Source: Entomortierella parvispora E1425 (Eukaryota; Fungi; Mortierellomycota). Taken from it: 64,000 bases of DNA. Location: NCBI GenBank assembly GCA_020891255.1, contig BQFW01000009.1, positions 1,302,001 through 1,366,000 on the forward strand, given 5' to 3'. The position numbers and the translations under genes were made by a program. Shown here piece after piece: positions 24,137 to 35,876 of the stretch (position 1 is its first letter; the number at the start of each line of letters is the position of its first letter). Below the pieces are notes generated by a model, which was not told the origin of the DNA, made no database searches, and was given only the letters and a program-made list of their open reading frames with translations.

Positions 24137-25687
24137 CTATCCGTTACAGTTCTCTGACTCGGGTACTGGTACTTCAATTCCACTACACGTTTCTAGTTTG
24201 GGCCAGTAAGTCGACACCCACTGAATCTCTGCCAGCCCCCATCGGGATGAATCAAGTCCAAGAAATTTCAACTGACGTAGCGTCTTCAATGTATCCATGC
24301 CATGAAGAAGGTCCAGTCGGAAGTACCTCCTTGGGAAACTGAAATATTCACCTACAAAGATCGTCCGGGCGTCTAAATACTCCAGAGCTTCAAGTTTCGA
24401 GAACCTGTCTAAAAATACCTGTTCTGGTTGTCTCAACGAGGGCAACTCCACAATTACAATCCCCAGTCGTAAGCTCTTTAAACCGAGGCAAACCCAAGGC
24501 TGCTCTTTCTCAACAAGGTCAAACTCGGCTATATAGTCTGCACTGAATTCCCTTAGGGTCAGAATGGTACAGAGTATATTGTGCACCATGGACCCCGTCA
24601 CCTTTCTACAGAGCCGTAGATCCAGAGACCTGAGCGTGTTCCGATAACGCGGGATATCGTCCTTCAAGATCTTCCACGAAGTGGCATCAAAACTAGAGGA
24701 GTGCACTTGGAGTTCGACCAGACAAACTGTCGACGTCAACAGCTTTTGGAAATCAGCATTGTCAAAGTCGCCAATCATCAGTTGGAGACATTGGAGTCGT
24801 GGGAGGAACTGCGCAGTGGGATCTTGAGCCCCCTCGGCCAGCAAGGACATGGGCGACGGAAGCTTCAACGACATAGAGTCGATATGATAAAGAAGTTTGA
24901 CCAGATGGGGACTCTTTGCTATTAACATGTTCATTATGTACAGGGAACCCGCTGTACATTCGTCAATCTGCAACTCGAGCTTTTCCAGTCTTGTCTCGGC
25001 TCTGTCTTTCAGTTGATGGATCGTGGATGGAGTCGGCCGCTGATCAAACTCCCAGCGAAGACTGAGCGACAGATTCCGTAGACGCGACCAGAAGGATTCG
25101 TACCGGTCGAGCCATTTCTCCAGAGACACCTTTCGTTTGTCGTTCACCTCTCCGGTATGCAAGACTTCCAGCTTCTGGCACTGATAGATGACATCCCCCA
25201 CTCCAGTGACACCGCCATAGCAGAAACTTTCTAGTACTTTCAGAGAGGATCGGTGTCGGTGGATCAGATCGGAGAGAGGCTCCTCAAGATCATCCTCGTA
25301 GGCTTCATCGGGATGAAACAACTCGACCAGATTGGGGCAAAACACCGGCTGGCGCTCCTGGTCACTCTCTTTCACTTCAAAGTTGCCTCCTTCCATCAAA
25401 AGAACAAGTTTTCGGATGAAAGGAGCGTATTTCTCGAGCACGGTTGAAGCGTGGCCAAAGCATGCGGTCTTCAGACATATCTTGACTTCGGACCAGACGA
25501 GGGGGATGAATATGGGGTGCCACTCCTTGTTTACCCGGAGACAGATTGTGAGGGAATGTCGGTCCAGGAATTGGCCAATCATGTGCAGAATCTCATTGAT
25601 CGAGAGAGCCTCCAGTGTTGCATTCCTGGAATCAATGGCCTCCTGTTTGTCGGCCAGTAAAGCGTACGGATGGTCCTGGACTGACAT
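24137..25687 (-). CDS. F-box-like/LRR (RNI-like) protein, Mortierella-type expanded family
   Basis: EALSINEILHMIGQFLDRHSLTICLRVNKEW F-box-like start, LRR-like repeats, PWVCLGLKSLRL, and C-terminal LDLLHGMDTLKTLRQL...WVSTYWPKL; intact single ORF. Confidence 0.85.
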   Translation of the reverse strand: MSVQDHPYALLADKQEAIDSRNATLEALSINEILHMIGQFLDRHSLTICLRVNKEWHPIFIPLVWSEVKICLKTACFGHASTVLEKYAPFIRKLVLLMEGGNFEVKESDQERQPVFCPNLVELFHPDEAYEDDLEEPLSDLIHRHRSSLKVLESFCYGGVTGVGDVIYQCQKLEVLHTGEVNDKRKVSLEKWLDRYESFWSRLRNLSLSLRWEFDQRPTPSTIHQLKDRAETRLEKLELQIDECTAGSLYIMNMLIAKSPHLVKLLYHIDSMSLKLPSPMSLLAEGAQDPTAQFLPRLQCLQLMIGDFDNADFQKLLTSTVCLVELQVHSSSFDATSWKILKDDIPRYRNTLRSLDLRLCRKVTGSMVHNILCTILTLREFSADYIAEFDLVEKEQPWVCLGLKSLRLGIVIVELPSLRQPEQVFLDRFSKLEALEYLDARTIFVGEYFSFPRRYFRLDLLHGMDTLKTLRQLKFLGLDSSRWGLAEIQWVSTYWPKLETCSGIEVPVPESENCNG

Positions 25688-25746
25688 GTCGACAGATGTG
25701 ACGGTTGTGAGTTGGTCAATGATGGACGTGCATCGTCGTTTTGAAT

Positions 25747-27297
25747 TCAAACGCGGTTCTCCATTCCCAATGACACGAAGGTCACGCGCTCCACGAGCGG
25801 CGTCTGGATCGGGACATGCGATTTTTTTTTTAGAAAGCTACAGAGAGTGTGCAGACGAGGCCAGTTTTGAAGCGCCCATTGCATTTCTTCTGCACCCCAC
25901 TTGACGCCGTAGGAAGTGCCGTGCAGTGTCTCGAGATGTCGCAAAGTCCTTAGCTTGTCCATCCCATGTGCAATGTCCAACTAGATGCAGTGCTCCGTAA
26001 AGTAGGGACCGAGACGCGGATCACCATGTCCAAACTTCCTATCCACATTGCCTAGTCTCATGTCCAACGAAGGGAGCCTCTCCAGAGTCGATATTCTATC
26101 CAGGACCAAGTGCTGCTTCTGTCGATCATTGATAAAAAATAAGAGAGTCAACTATCGAGACACGCCCAAGGCCAATCGTCCAGGACCATTCTGGTATCAC
26201 TTATGAAATTGGCCATCAGCTTCCTGAGTCCCGAGAACGAACACAATATGTTATGGACACCTATGCCTGAGACACTGCGGCAATTGATCACATTCAATAC
26301 CTCCAGTGTCGTCAAGTACCGTGACATCGACTTCAGGATTCTCACGGACATGTCACTAAAGCTGGTTCCATTGAGCTCCAGTCTTGTCAGTGCGCGCAGA
26401 TTCTCTCCTAGAATCAGGAAGTGTCTACTAGTGAGATAGTTATCTGGGACTTCCAAGGATCGAAGGGTGTCGTTTTGTTTTCCAGTAGGATAGATTTCAT
26501 AGATACTGCTGTGAATCTCCAATCTCAACCGTTCCAGCCTTGGACTCTTTCGGACCAGCAAACAAAAGTTCTCTACGAGGTCATCCCGGTTCTTTTCTAT
26601 CTTGAGCGTCAGGTCTCGATCAAGCTGTCCTTGAGGCTGTCCAGGATTGCTACGTTGACTGAGGTCTGGGGATCGGTACTAACTATTAGAACGAACACGG
26701 GCTCCTGTGCAAAGATTGTAAGGTGCTGTCAACGTGATGGTTGGCAAGCGAGACCATAGAGCTTGATATAGATTCATCCAGTAGTCCTGGGTAACAGTAG
26801 TCATCGCCGTGAGCTCTAGATCCTCCAGTGCGGTGCATTCCGCGATGACATTCAAAAGTCTGGATGATGTGTTGGAGGTGCACGAGAAGCTCTTCAAGGT
26901 CGATAAGTGTCTTCGGATCAGGTCTTCTGCAACAGAGGATCATTGCCGATATATCGCGCAGGACCTTGCAAGACCAGCTCCTGAATCAAAGACGCGTGGC
27001 AACTGAGAGTTTGGGTGAGAGGGAGTCGGGCTTTTCAAGCTGCACGCGGGTTTTGAGGCAGACCTCGGGGAGGATTGTCCTGTACCACTGGCGGCAGACG
27101 AGGAGACATTTGGCAACCGACCGTTTGCTCAAATACTGAGCGACAAAGAGGATAATCTCAGGTATGGCGAGGGCGGTTGGTGGTTGAGGGGATTACGATT
27201 TGCCAATGTCGGTATGAAGCGGCTCATGAGGTTCAGTAATGAATGGCGAGTCCAGGACCTCGCGCTTGTGATCTGCCATTGCGCCCTCTAGGGACAT
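25747..27297 (-). pseudogene. F-box/LRR pseudogene, tandem paralogue of 24137-25687
   Basis: TALAIPEIILFVAQYLSKRSVAKCLLVCRQW, DLIRRHLSTLKSF, LYQALWSRL, VHNILCSFSGLRKL, PWACLDS* and GMDKLRTLRHL...WALQNWPRL lie in several frames, separated by stops and frameshifts. Confidence 0.8.
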
Positions 27298-27576
27298 GCT
27301 TGGCAAGAGATGCGATGAATGAGTTGGACGAATGAATGATAGAATGAAAGAATGAAAGAGTACATGCCATCCAATGCCAAGTAAAAAATAAAAAAAAATA
27401 AAAAAATGTGATTCTCGCAGCAGATAACAGGCATGGATGAGTGACCTTCCTGCCATGCGCTTTGCCTCTCCTCTTCTCCCCCTTCTTTTTCTTTCTTTCG
27501 TTCCTTTCGTTCAATCTCGCCGCCAAACAATTGCACTCGCTAGCAGCAACCACATACCATGGCCATGGCCGCCACC

Positions 27577-28620
27577 ATGACAGATCCACTCAGCACACCA
27601 GAAATCATGCTTCTTGTAGCTGACCACCTCTCTCTCCACGACCTGACGCTCTGTGCCAGAGTTTGCAGGCATTGGCGCGATACCTTTGCGTATAGAATTT
27701 GGGAGCACACCACCATATGTGCACGCTCCGAGGATCCTTCCTTCCCCTCCTTACAGAAGGCTTTGAAGCATGCAGCCTTTGTTCGAAACTTGACAGTCGA
27801 AAGTAAGCCTTCCCCCTTCCTCCATGGACGAAACAAAACGCGATCATGGCTTGCTGACTTTATATTGCTTTTCTTTTTTCTACTAGATTTCCATGAGTGG
27901 AAGTATAGTGAAAGAAACTACTTTTGGGTAGCCTTCTGCCAACTGTCTATCCTCCGCGCATTGACGTTTCGTGGCAGGATCGAGATTGACCTGCCCGTCA
28001 CCCAGTCCTGGTTTGAATCCCTTCATTGTCAGCTTTGCTATCTGACATGCTTGGATTTGGACCCTTTCTTGGCCTTCACTTGCGAGATGTACGCAGAAAT
28101 CTTGACCCGCGGTCGTCAGTTGAAGATCCTTCGAGGCGGGACCTGCAATGCCAAGGGTCTGACAGAAGGCAAGCCCTGGGCATGCCATCGGCTGGTGGAA
28201 TGGACCTTGTGTCTTGACTTTGGTTCTTTGAAAGATTATCAGGAGGAGGAGAAGGAAGAGAAGAGAGAAGTGGAGAAGAGGACGCGCGCGTTAGCCACGA
28301 ACAAGCAAGCACTAGAGGAGCACGCCCAACAAAAGCTCGAGGATGTCTATCGCAGGGTCTTTCAGCGAATGTCAGCCCTTCGAGCTCTGGAAAAAGTAGA
28401 CTTGAGTCTGAGAAATGCAAGAGCCCTTCGGGGCCCTCTCTGCATCACCTCGGGGAAAGGCATTGAACAGTTGCTGGGGCAGCCGCTTTTGAGATCCTTG
28501 AAAGTGCAAGGCGGAGCATTGGCAGCTTCAGAGATAGATTGGTTTCGAACGAGTTGGCCGAGGATAACGGTCGAGGAGGTGGTTGCCCCCGTGGATCCGA
28601 CCTATTTCTTTTGCATCTGA
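27577..28620 (+). CDS. F-box-like/LRR protein (84-nt intron 27803-27886)
   Basis: MTDPLSTPEIMLLVADHLSLHDLTLCARVCRHW, LKHAAFVRNL, KPWACHRL, VFQRMSALRALEKVDL, GIEQLLGQPLLRSL...WFRTSWPR. Confidence 0.85.
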   Translation: MTDPLSTPEIMLLVADHLSLHDLTLCARVCRHWRDTFAYRIWEHTTICARSEDPSFPSLQKALKHAAFVRNLTVESKPSPFLHGRNKTRSWLADFILLFFFLLDFHEWKYSERNYFWVAFCQLSILRALTFRGRIEIDLPVTQSWFESLHCQLCYLTCLDLDPFLAFTCEMYAEILTRGRQLKILRGGTCNAKGLTEGKPWACHRLVEWTLCLDFGSLKDYQEEEKEEKREVEKRTRALATNKQALEEHAQQKLEDVYRRVFQRMSALRALEKVDLSLRNARALRGPLCITSGKGIEQLLGQPLLRSLKVQGGALAASEIDWFRTSWPRITVEEVVAPVDPTYFFCI

Positions 28621-29268
28621 ACTGGTGATGAGCGCGATACTCCCAAAAGTGTCTTGTTCACATTCATACAGTAGTTTTTATTCGCCCAACAAACAAACAA
28701 AAAAAAATGTCCTGGCAACATCAGTAACCAAAGTGATGTACGAATGCCACATGGGATCTCAACAGATCAAAAGCAGCAAAGCTGATATCGAAACCTCCGA
28801 GTCCAACGCTGTAGTGTCCATCTTGCCTCTGCCTCTCCCCATGGCGCATCTATGGATGTAGGTCCTTCGAGAATCTTCAGCTTTGTCATCGTCTTCAATT
28901 GATGCAGAGGTGGAAAGCATGAGCTGCTGCTGGCCATGCTGATGCGCTTGGTTTGACACGGAGACTAGATGATGCATTGGTCCGAGGGGTGGAAAAGAAT
29001 GATTGTCGCGCGACGCGAGCTGGTCCTGTGACACAGCACAATAAAATAATTATGTTTTTTGGCAATCAAGCGTGGAAAACAGATGATTCTGCCATGTACT
29101 GCAATGGACTGCAATGGACTGCAATGGTTTATTATTGCAAAACAGAAAGTGATGAATGAAGGGTATCGTGGTATCTTGGAGTCATCAGGTCATCTTCATC
29201 AGATTTTGTGTTGTAGCAGCTCGGTCATTAGGGAGAAAGCAAAATTGGAAATAATACATGCATGAACA

Positions 29269-32096
29269 TTAATAGGCGTGCAAGGTTGAAGGAGGCGGCC
29301 TGGTTGGGGATAGCGGGTTTTTGTTGTTGCTGATGCCCTGTGTTTTCGATGATGGTGGAGATAAAGTCGCTGGCGACAAGGTCAGCTTGAAGTTGGATAT
29401 GGATTTTTGAGTCGTGGTTGTGGAGGGACCTGTGGGTCCACCATATTTATCTTTCCAGATCCAAGAGTTGCCCATGAGCTCCTGTCCCTGAGCAGCAGCG
29501 AGTCGATAGTACTTGGCAGACTTGTACATGTCCTTCTTGACGCCAATGCCATGGTAGAAACACCAAGCGAGGTCATTCTGGGCATCTGGGTCTCCCTAGA
29601 ATATGTAGCAAAAAAAAGTTGTTTAGTTGCATGGTCCTCATTTCAGATGGTCTTTTTGCTACCCCATAGATCAAACAAGCTTACCAAGTTTGCAGCAATC
29701 TCAAAGTAATACGCTGCTGTCTTTTTGTTCTTTTCAACACCCCAGCCATGCCTGAAGCAGATGCCCAGCTCATAAATCGCCAGCACCAACTCGCCTTTCG
29801 CCGCGGTGCTCGCAAAAGAATCCCGGCTCTTCAAGTCTCCAACTGCGTGCTCTGCACTCTTTTGCAAGTATTGGAACGCCAGGACCCTATTGGGGGTACA
29901 ACCCCATCCATGCCGGACTGAAAGACCATACATCAGCATACCAACTGGATCTCCCAGTTCTGCTGCCGTGCGGAAGTATCGGGTCGCCTTTGCGATATCG
30001 CCAAGTTCGTGAAAGTCAATTCCTTGGCGGACGAAATCCTCTGCCTTTTCAGGCATAGGATTCGAAGGTCCAACGGCTTCCTCTGGTCGAACATACCCTC
30101 CACTAGCCTGGTGGTGTGCCGGATGCATGTTGAGATTGGTAGCACTATTACCTGCTCCTTGACCATTCTTACTAGGGGTCGCGCGGTGGGCTGGAATAGG
30201 ATGATGTGACTGTCCACTGCTACCTTTTTTCAAAGGCAATTGCGAATAGGACGACCCTCCTATATCTCTAAAACGAGGGTCGGATGACTTGGATCGCCCG
30301 TAGTTGTGTCCATGTCCTCCGGTACTACTACCACCAGCTACAGCAGTTGATCGTCCTCCTTGTCTGTAGTCGTTCCCGTCGGACCTAGACCTGAATTGAC
30401 TCTGTGCACTCTCTTGACTAGACCATGGCAAGTTCGTGACACTGCTGCCATTGTTGCAACCATTGCCTTTGCCGTGATTGCTTTGGGTATGTTGATGGTG
30501 ACTCGAAGGTGGTGGACTAGCAGTTATCGCTGGGGCGGATCCCTGACGGAGTATAGGACCTCCAGCCGAGCTACTGCCGCCATAACACTGCTGCTGCTGT
30601 TGATGCTGTTGTTGCTGCTGCTGATAGGCTGTTGATCGAGCATAGTTGCTTGAGGATGTTGGCGACGTGTAGATGCTATCCGCTGAGGTACTACGTTCTG
30701 GAGTGCGAGTTTCGCGTTGGCTCCTTTGAGCTTCGTACGCCGAGGCAGAAAGATATGCATTGTCGGTGTTGGCTCTGGGAGCGATGGGACGATCTTCTTG
30801 GCTACGTCGCTGTTGCTGCTGCTGTTGTTGTTCATGGCCAAGGTTCGTTCTGTCGGGCCGTCGGTCGGTGGTTGCCGCTGAGCCACCATACTGCTGCTGC
30901 TGCTGCTGCCTTTGTTGAAGTTGGTCTCCTCGCTTGTCCTTCACACCGCTGCCACTTGACGACTGTGCATGTTGTTTCAAGTTTGACTGCTCTTTGGCTA
31001 GGGGGTGAGTACCCGATGCCGACGGTCTCTGCTTCGATGGAAATAACGAGATATTCGGTACTCCAGCACGGCCTTTATATGTCATGGAGAGTCGGTGGAT
31101 GGATCTTCGATAGGAGATAATTGATCCAGTGTCACTGTCCTCCTCGTCTGTATCCTCGCCTTTGCCGTTCTTGGTGGGAGGTCTCTGCTTCAGCTTTTGT
31201 TGATAGATTAGCGCCTGCTGTCGGAGATTTTCTTGGTCCTGGGGCAATGTGTGTTGGGTGGGCGAAAGCGGAGAGTCATGTTTATAGTTGTCGAAAGACA
31301 GGAATAAAGAAGATGACGGTATTGTTGTAATTAAAGATGGTCGGTCTGCATGACCCTTTGCAGACGTGGTCGCTGAAGCCGATCCGCTCCGTTGTCGCTG
31401 CTGCAAGGTCGGTCCTTGCAAAGACGCCCGTGGAACGCTGCCACCGTATATTGGCTGCTCCTGGTGTTGGGGATGTGAGTGTTGCTGACGCGCTGGCCGA
31501 GATGGCGTCGTCTCCTCGACTCGCGTTGTACTCTTGCTCACAAGAACATATCCCTGGGAAATGGCTGAAGGAGGTGCCTGCGCGGACGATGTTAACGGAG
31601 CTGCTCCTCTTGCATTGGTATCGTTGATTACCGAATGACTGGTGTTTGAAGTAGCCATGCTGGAACCGGGCTTTGCCGTTGAAGTAGCAGATGAAGCATA
31701 ACCTCCTTGATTCGCATTTGTGTTGCTGAAGCTCCTGCTCGGCCCGTTGACCTGCGGCTGGATGTTGCCAGTCCGTGTTTGAGGTAATATCGGGGTAGCC
31801 TGGGTTGAATACTGATGTTGTCGTTGCTGTTGCTGCTGTTGCTGCTGCTGTTGTTGTTGTTGTTGTTGTTGTTGTTGGGTAGAATAGCTGGACGCTTGTG
31901 TTTGTGTCTGTGGGGGTACTCCATTGGAAGGCTTTCTCTTAGGAACATCAGGGTACAGGGTATATGTTGTATAGGATTTGGGCAGAGGAGTCTGAGGCTC
32001 ATATTGTTGCTGCAAAGGCTGCTGTCGACTCTGTGAATGCGACTGATATTGCTGGTGGTTCTGATGCCTCGAGGAGGCTTCGCCTCTGGTCGCCAT
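29269..32096 (-). CDS. Sel1-like repeat protein with long Q/S-rich disordered N-terminus (Nif1/Dsf2-like)
   Basis: C-terminal SLRs GMLMYGLSVRHGWGC, LAIYELGICFRHGWGV and GDPDAQNDLAWCFYHGIGVKKD...GNSWIWKDKY; one intron near 29595-29680. Confidence 0.82.
31828..31878. repeat. CAG/CAA polyglutamine tract in the Sel1-repeat gene (further tracts at ~30590, ~30815, ~30895)
   Basis: (CTG/TTG)n on the plus strand, translating as QQQQ on the minus strand. Confidence 0.9.
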
Positions 32097-33090
32097 TGAG
32101 AATTGTGGGTGGTGTAGGGACCCTGTTGTTGAACCCTTCGCCACTTTGGTTCCTTGATTCTAATTATGTCCACAAATAGGACGATAGACGAGTGGATGTC
32201 AGTTTTTGTTGTTTTCCTTCTGGTGCTGTCTGCGAAAAAGACCGATCGTGTAACCAGCAATCAATTAAAAATATCGAGGCAAGGGGCGAAGGGGACCACA
32301 ATGTAAAGGGAAGGACAAGATTATCGACGTGAGGGAGTACAATCAAGAGGAAATTAGGGTACATTGGCCTGTTGAGGCTGGGTGGGCTGGGACAGACGAG
32401 GAAATCGAAAGCCAAGCTTCTTTCCTCGATGGTCGAGAGGAAGGGGCTCAAAGGAGGACGAAAGGATGGATCCCGAGTGGACAGCAGACCAGCGAGGGCG
32501 CGCTATACCAATGACGATTAGATCGCCAAGGGGTGGAGTCTGTGGACTGAGGAATAATGAGATAATGTGGGACCTTACAATTGTGCGACTACGTGGAGAC
32601 GAGAGAAATGACGAATGCAAGCTGGGATTAAGAATGGGAGAGAATGATTCAAAGACTAGGAAGAATGGAAGAAGAGGAACAAAGGCCTGAATCGATGAAT
32701 GAATGGACGGACAGGATGGATGGATGAGAAGAGGCGAGAAGGAGTGCCAGGAAAGGAGAAAGGGAAAGAAAGGAAGGAAGGAAGGAAGGAAAAGAGCATG
32801 CGCTCAATGCACCCTCACACACGCGCGTGGTGTCTCCTTCTCTCTTTCTCGCTGTCAATGCTGTCAGTGGACTCTCTGCCGCCTTTGTTCTTTTCTCTCT
32901 TCTTTTTCGCTCTTTCTCAAAGGGCTCTCAGGCTTGGCCCCTGTCCGTTGGTTTATCGTTTTCTCTGTGTGGTCTGTCTCTCTGTGTGTCTGTCTGTCTT
33001 CTTGTGGTCGGTATCTGTCTGTCCTCTGGGTTCTCTGTCCATCGTGCTCGTCTGTCTCTCGGTCGACCGCGGCTCGAGTGAGCACCTTCT

Positions 33091-33091
<1 letters not shown>

Positions 33092-33124
<33 letters not shown>
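33092..33124. repeat. (GA)n microsatellite in an SSR-rich intergenic region
   Basis: About 16 perfect GA units; nearby (GAAG)n at ~32770. Confidence 0.95.
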
Positions 33125-33126
<2 letters not shown>

Positions 33127-34453
33127 CTTCGCCCACCGACCCTCTTGTCCGTTGCAGCCTATTCTTGTCTACGAGCGCGTTTCTTGCCTTCCTCTCCGAA
33201 TGCTGCGTGGCAGTGATGTTTCAGTCAAACCACACGACTGTCTGGGACGCGCCTCTCTCTCCAGCTGTGAGCAGACTCGTTCTGCGAAATGACGCTGTAA
33301 AGTATCCACCCTTGAACTGGCGCCATTTTATGACAATCCTTGCCGCCTTTCTGCCCCCTTCTTCAATGGATGACAAACAACTGCCCACCCCACCTTCCTC
33401 CCCCTTTTTCATGTGTTTTGACTTCATATTTTTTTGCAGTCCGAGAAACGATTTTGAAGTTTCCCTCGGTTCAATTGCTTCCTTCTTACTGGACAAAAGA
33501 ACCACAACCACAACAGGTTCGCCCTCTGAACCCCGTCCGTTCTAGGGGGAGGGGACCTTGACCTTAATCCGACGAAGGATAAAACCATTGGCCAAGTGAG
33601 CCCGAATCGTTCCTGACCCGGACATATGCTTTGATCGATTCGATGGAGTAAATCTCAAAGGGAGGGAGCAACGAAAGCAACACTCTGCATTCATGAAACG
33701 CGTCCCTCTGTTTCTCATCGCCACCAACGACAGACAATCACCTTGGCAGTGCATGAGCTAGCTGGGAGTTTGTTCGACTTTCGACAAAGGTCCCTGGTTT
33801 CATCTGGACTAGCGTCCTCTGGCTTCCCATGGCGTATGGTCGCTCACCATTTTCTTGCCGTTGTTTTTCATAAGAGCAAACAGTAGGACTCTTTGTGTCT
33901 TTATCAAACTGATCAATGTTAGCTCATTAGGGTGCTTCTCCGTTTCTCCATGTTGCCCTGGCCCCTCCCCGCCCCGCTCACAGATTTTTTTCAGGAGCAA
34001 AAAATAAAGTATCAACCTATCGATTTGAACTTTCACCAGAAAAGGTGGTCGTCTCCTTGGTTCTCAAAGAAGGAAAACGACCAGATCTTTGAGGTTTGAT
34101 GGCTCCTGAGTGCTGTCTCCGGGTTCCCCTTCGGCCAGCTCCATTGATTTTGCTTCCCACCGACGACCCCATCTGGACCTTGACGTGCAAATCAACCTCC
34201 GGATATCGGCAAGGGCCATGCTTATAATCCTTTAAGGACTTGACTCTTCTTCCCGTTTTGTGTTCTCTCTTTTTTTTTAACTGTTCTCTTTCGTGACCTC
34301 ACTAACACCACAATAATCGCTCCCAATTCATTTCCTCCTTCTGCGTCTTCAACGGTCGACTCTCTGAGAACGGAAAGGCAAGAAATCGAAAGAACCACAG
34401 GAAAATTCTCCTCTCAAGCAAAGAATAACAACAAGGAAACAATCACAACGACA

Positions 34454-35876
34454 ATGGCGGAGGATAGTCATCATTCGGTCATCGATATCGATCCCGAAGT
34501 CAAGGTGGAGGAGAAATCGAAAAACGGACCCAAGAAACGGCTGCACCTCAACCCTGCAAAGGCAGTGATTGGAGGAATCACACATTCTACGAACGCTGTC
34601 ATCGGGGGTATTTCGCAAAGTACAAATGTGGTCAAGGGTGGTATCTCTCAGAGTAAGGAAACCTCTAGTCTCTTTCATCCTCATTGCCACTGACACGGAG
34701 AAATAACGTTGCAAAGTCCGTAACTGACCACTCGCTCATGGCCATCGCCACTACTACCACAGTGGAAAATGGATTGACTAATGTGGGTGGCAAGTTGACC
34801 AAGGTTCCTGGCGTCAGTCATGGTGTCTCTATCTTTGCCGACTATCGCAAGTTCCTAGACCGTGGCAATGTCGTTGATCTCGCGGTCGCTGTCGTTATTG
34901 GTATGGAACAGACATAGCTTCTGGAGGGGCAAGACGGATACAACTTTCTTCTTTGTCACTAACACGCTTTTGCCCCTCTATTTGACAAACTATAGGTGCT
35001 GCTTTTACGGGTGTAAGTTGGGGGCACGACATAGATCTCCCAAGATCTAATCTAATCGCGGTCTGCATTGTTTCTTTTTTTTTGTGGGGTCAATCCACTA
35101 ATTCTATGAAGAGATGGCGGGCGTTTGTGCGTGGGATTAATTTAATCGATAGATTGTTGACAGTCTTGTCAAGGACATCGTATCGCCTATCATGTCTCTG
35201 GCTTCCGGCAAGGCACTCGAGGAGAACTTTGTCATCTTGCGAAAGGATTCTGCCTTTGTCAACCCCGATGTAAGCGTCTTTTTTCCTCTTGAAGGTTGCC
35301 ACTGTTGCAACTGTATCCTACCAGTGATGAACAAGAAGGTGCCTAACTATCTCCTTTCTCTTTCACTCGCTCACTCTCGACAGTATTCGACGCGTGCGGC
35401 AGTCAAGGCGAGTAACGCGCTGTCTTGGAACTATGGCAACTTCATCCAAACCGTCATCAACTTCTTCATCATCTCAGCCTGTGTCTTTGTCATTGTCAAA
35501 CGTAAGAGATACGATACAAAATGAGAAAGAAAAGCTGCAACCTTTCGCTCTAACGCTTCTCTCAATGTCACTACCTGTTGTCAAAGTGTATCAAATGGGT
35601 CGCAACACCAAGACGGACGCTGCTCCGCCAGAGAAGAAGTGCCCTTATTGTGCAGGTTCCATTGAAGCGACTGCCTTCCGATGCCCAAAGTGTACCTCCT
35701 GGCTTGACTTGGAGATGTACGCCAATCTAGAAGATCAAAAGGCGAGACGTCTCAACGACGGTGGCAATGGAAACCAGTACGAGGCCGAAACCTGGAACGA
35801 AAAAAGCGGCCTTGAAGAGCAAGACATCGTGGTTTCTTCATTCGAACCTGATGGACGAAATCACTTTGAGCAGTAG
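34454..35876 (+). CDS. mscL: Large-conductance mechanosensitive channel (MscL family) with introns
   Basis: YRKFLDRGNVVDLAVAVVIG|AAFTG|IVDSLVKDIVSP (TM1) and NYGNFIQTVINFFIISACVFVIVK (TM2), followed by KKCPYC...RCPKCTSWL; five GT-AG introns including a 17-nt micro-exon at ~34997. Confidence 0.9.

Noticed and set aside
28759-29034. 91-aa minus-strand ORF and (ACTGCAATGG)x3 at 29098-29127
   Set aside because: No motif or splice support for the ORF; the repeat is a short slippage array.
32160-34400. Many long ORFs in the Sel1-MscL intergenic region
   Set aside because: They arise from purine/pyrimidine-skewed simple repeats that lack stops and translate as low-complexity S/L/F or R/E/K.
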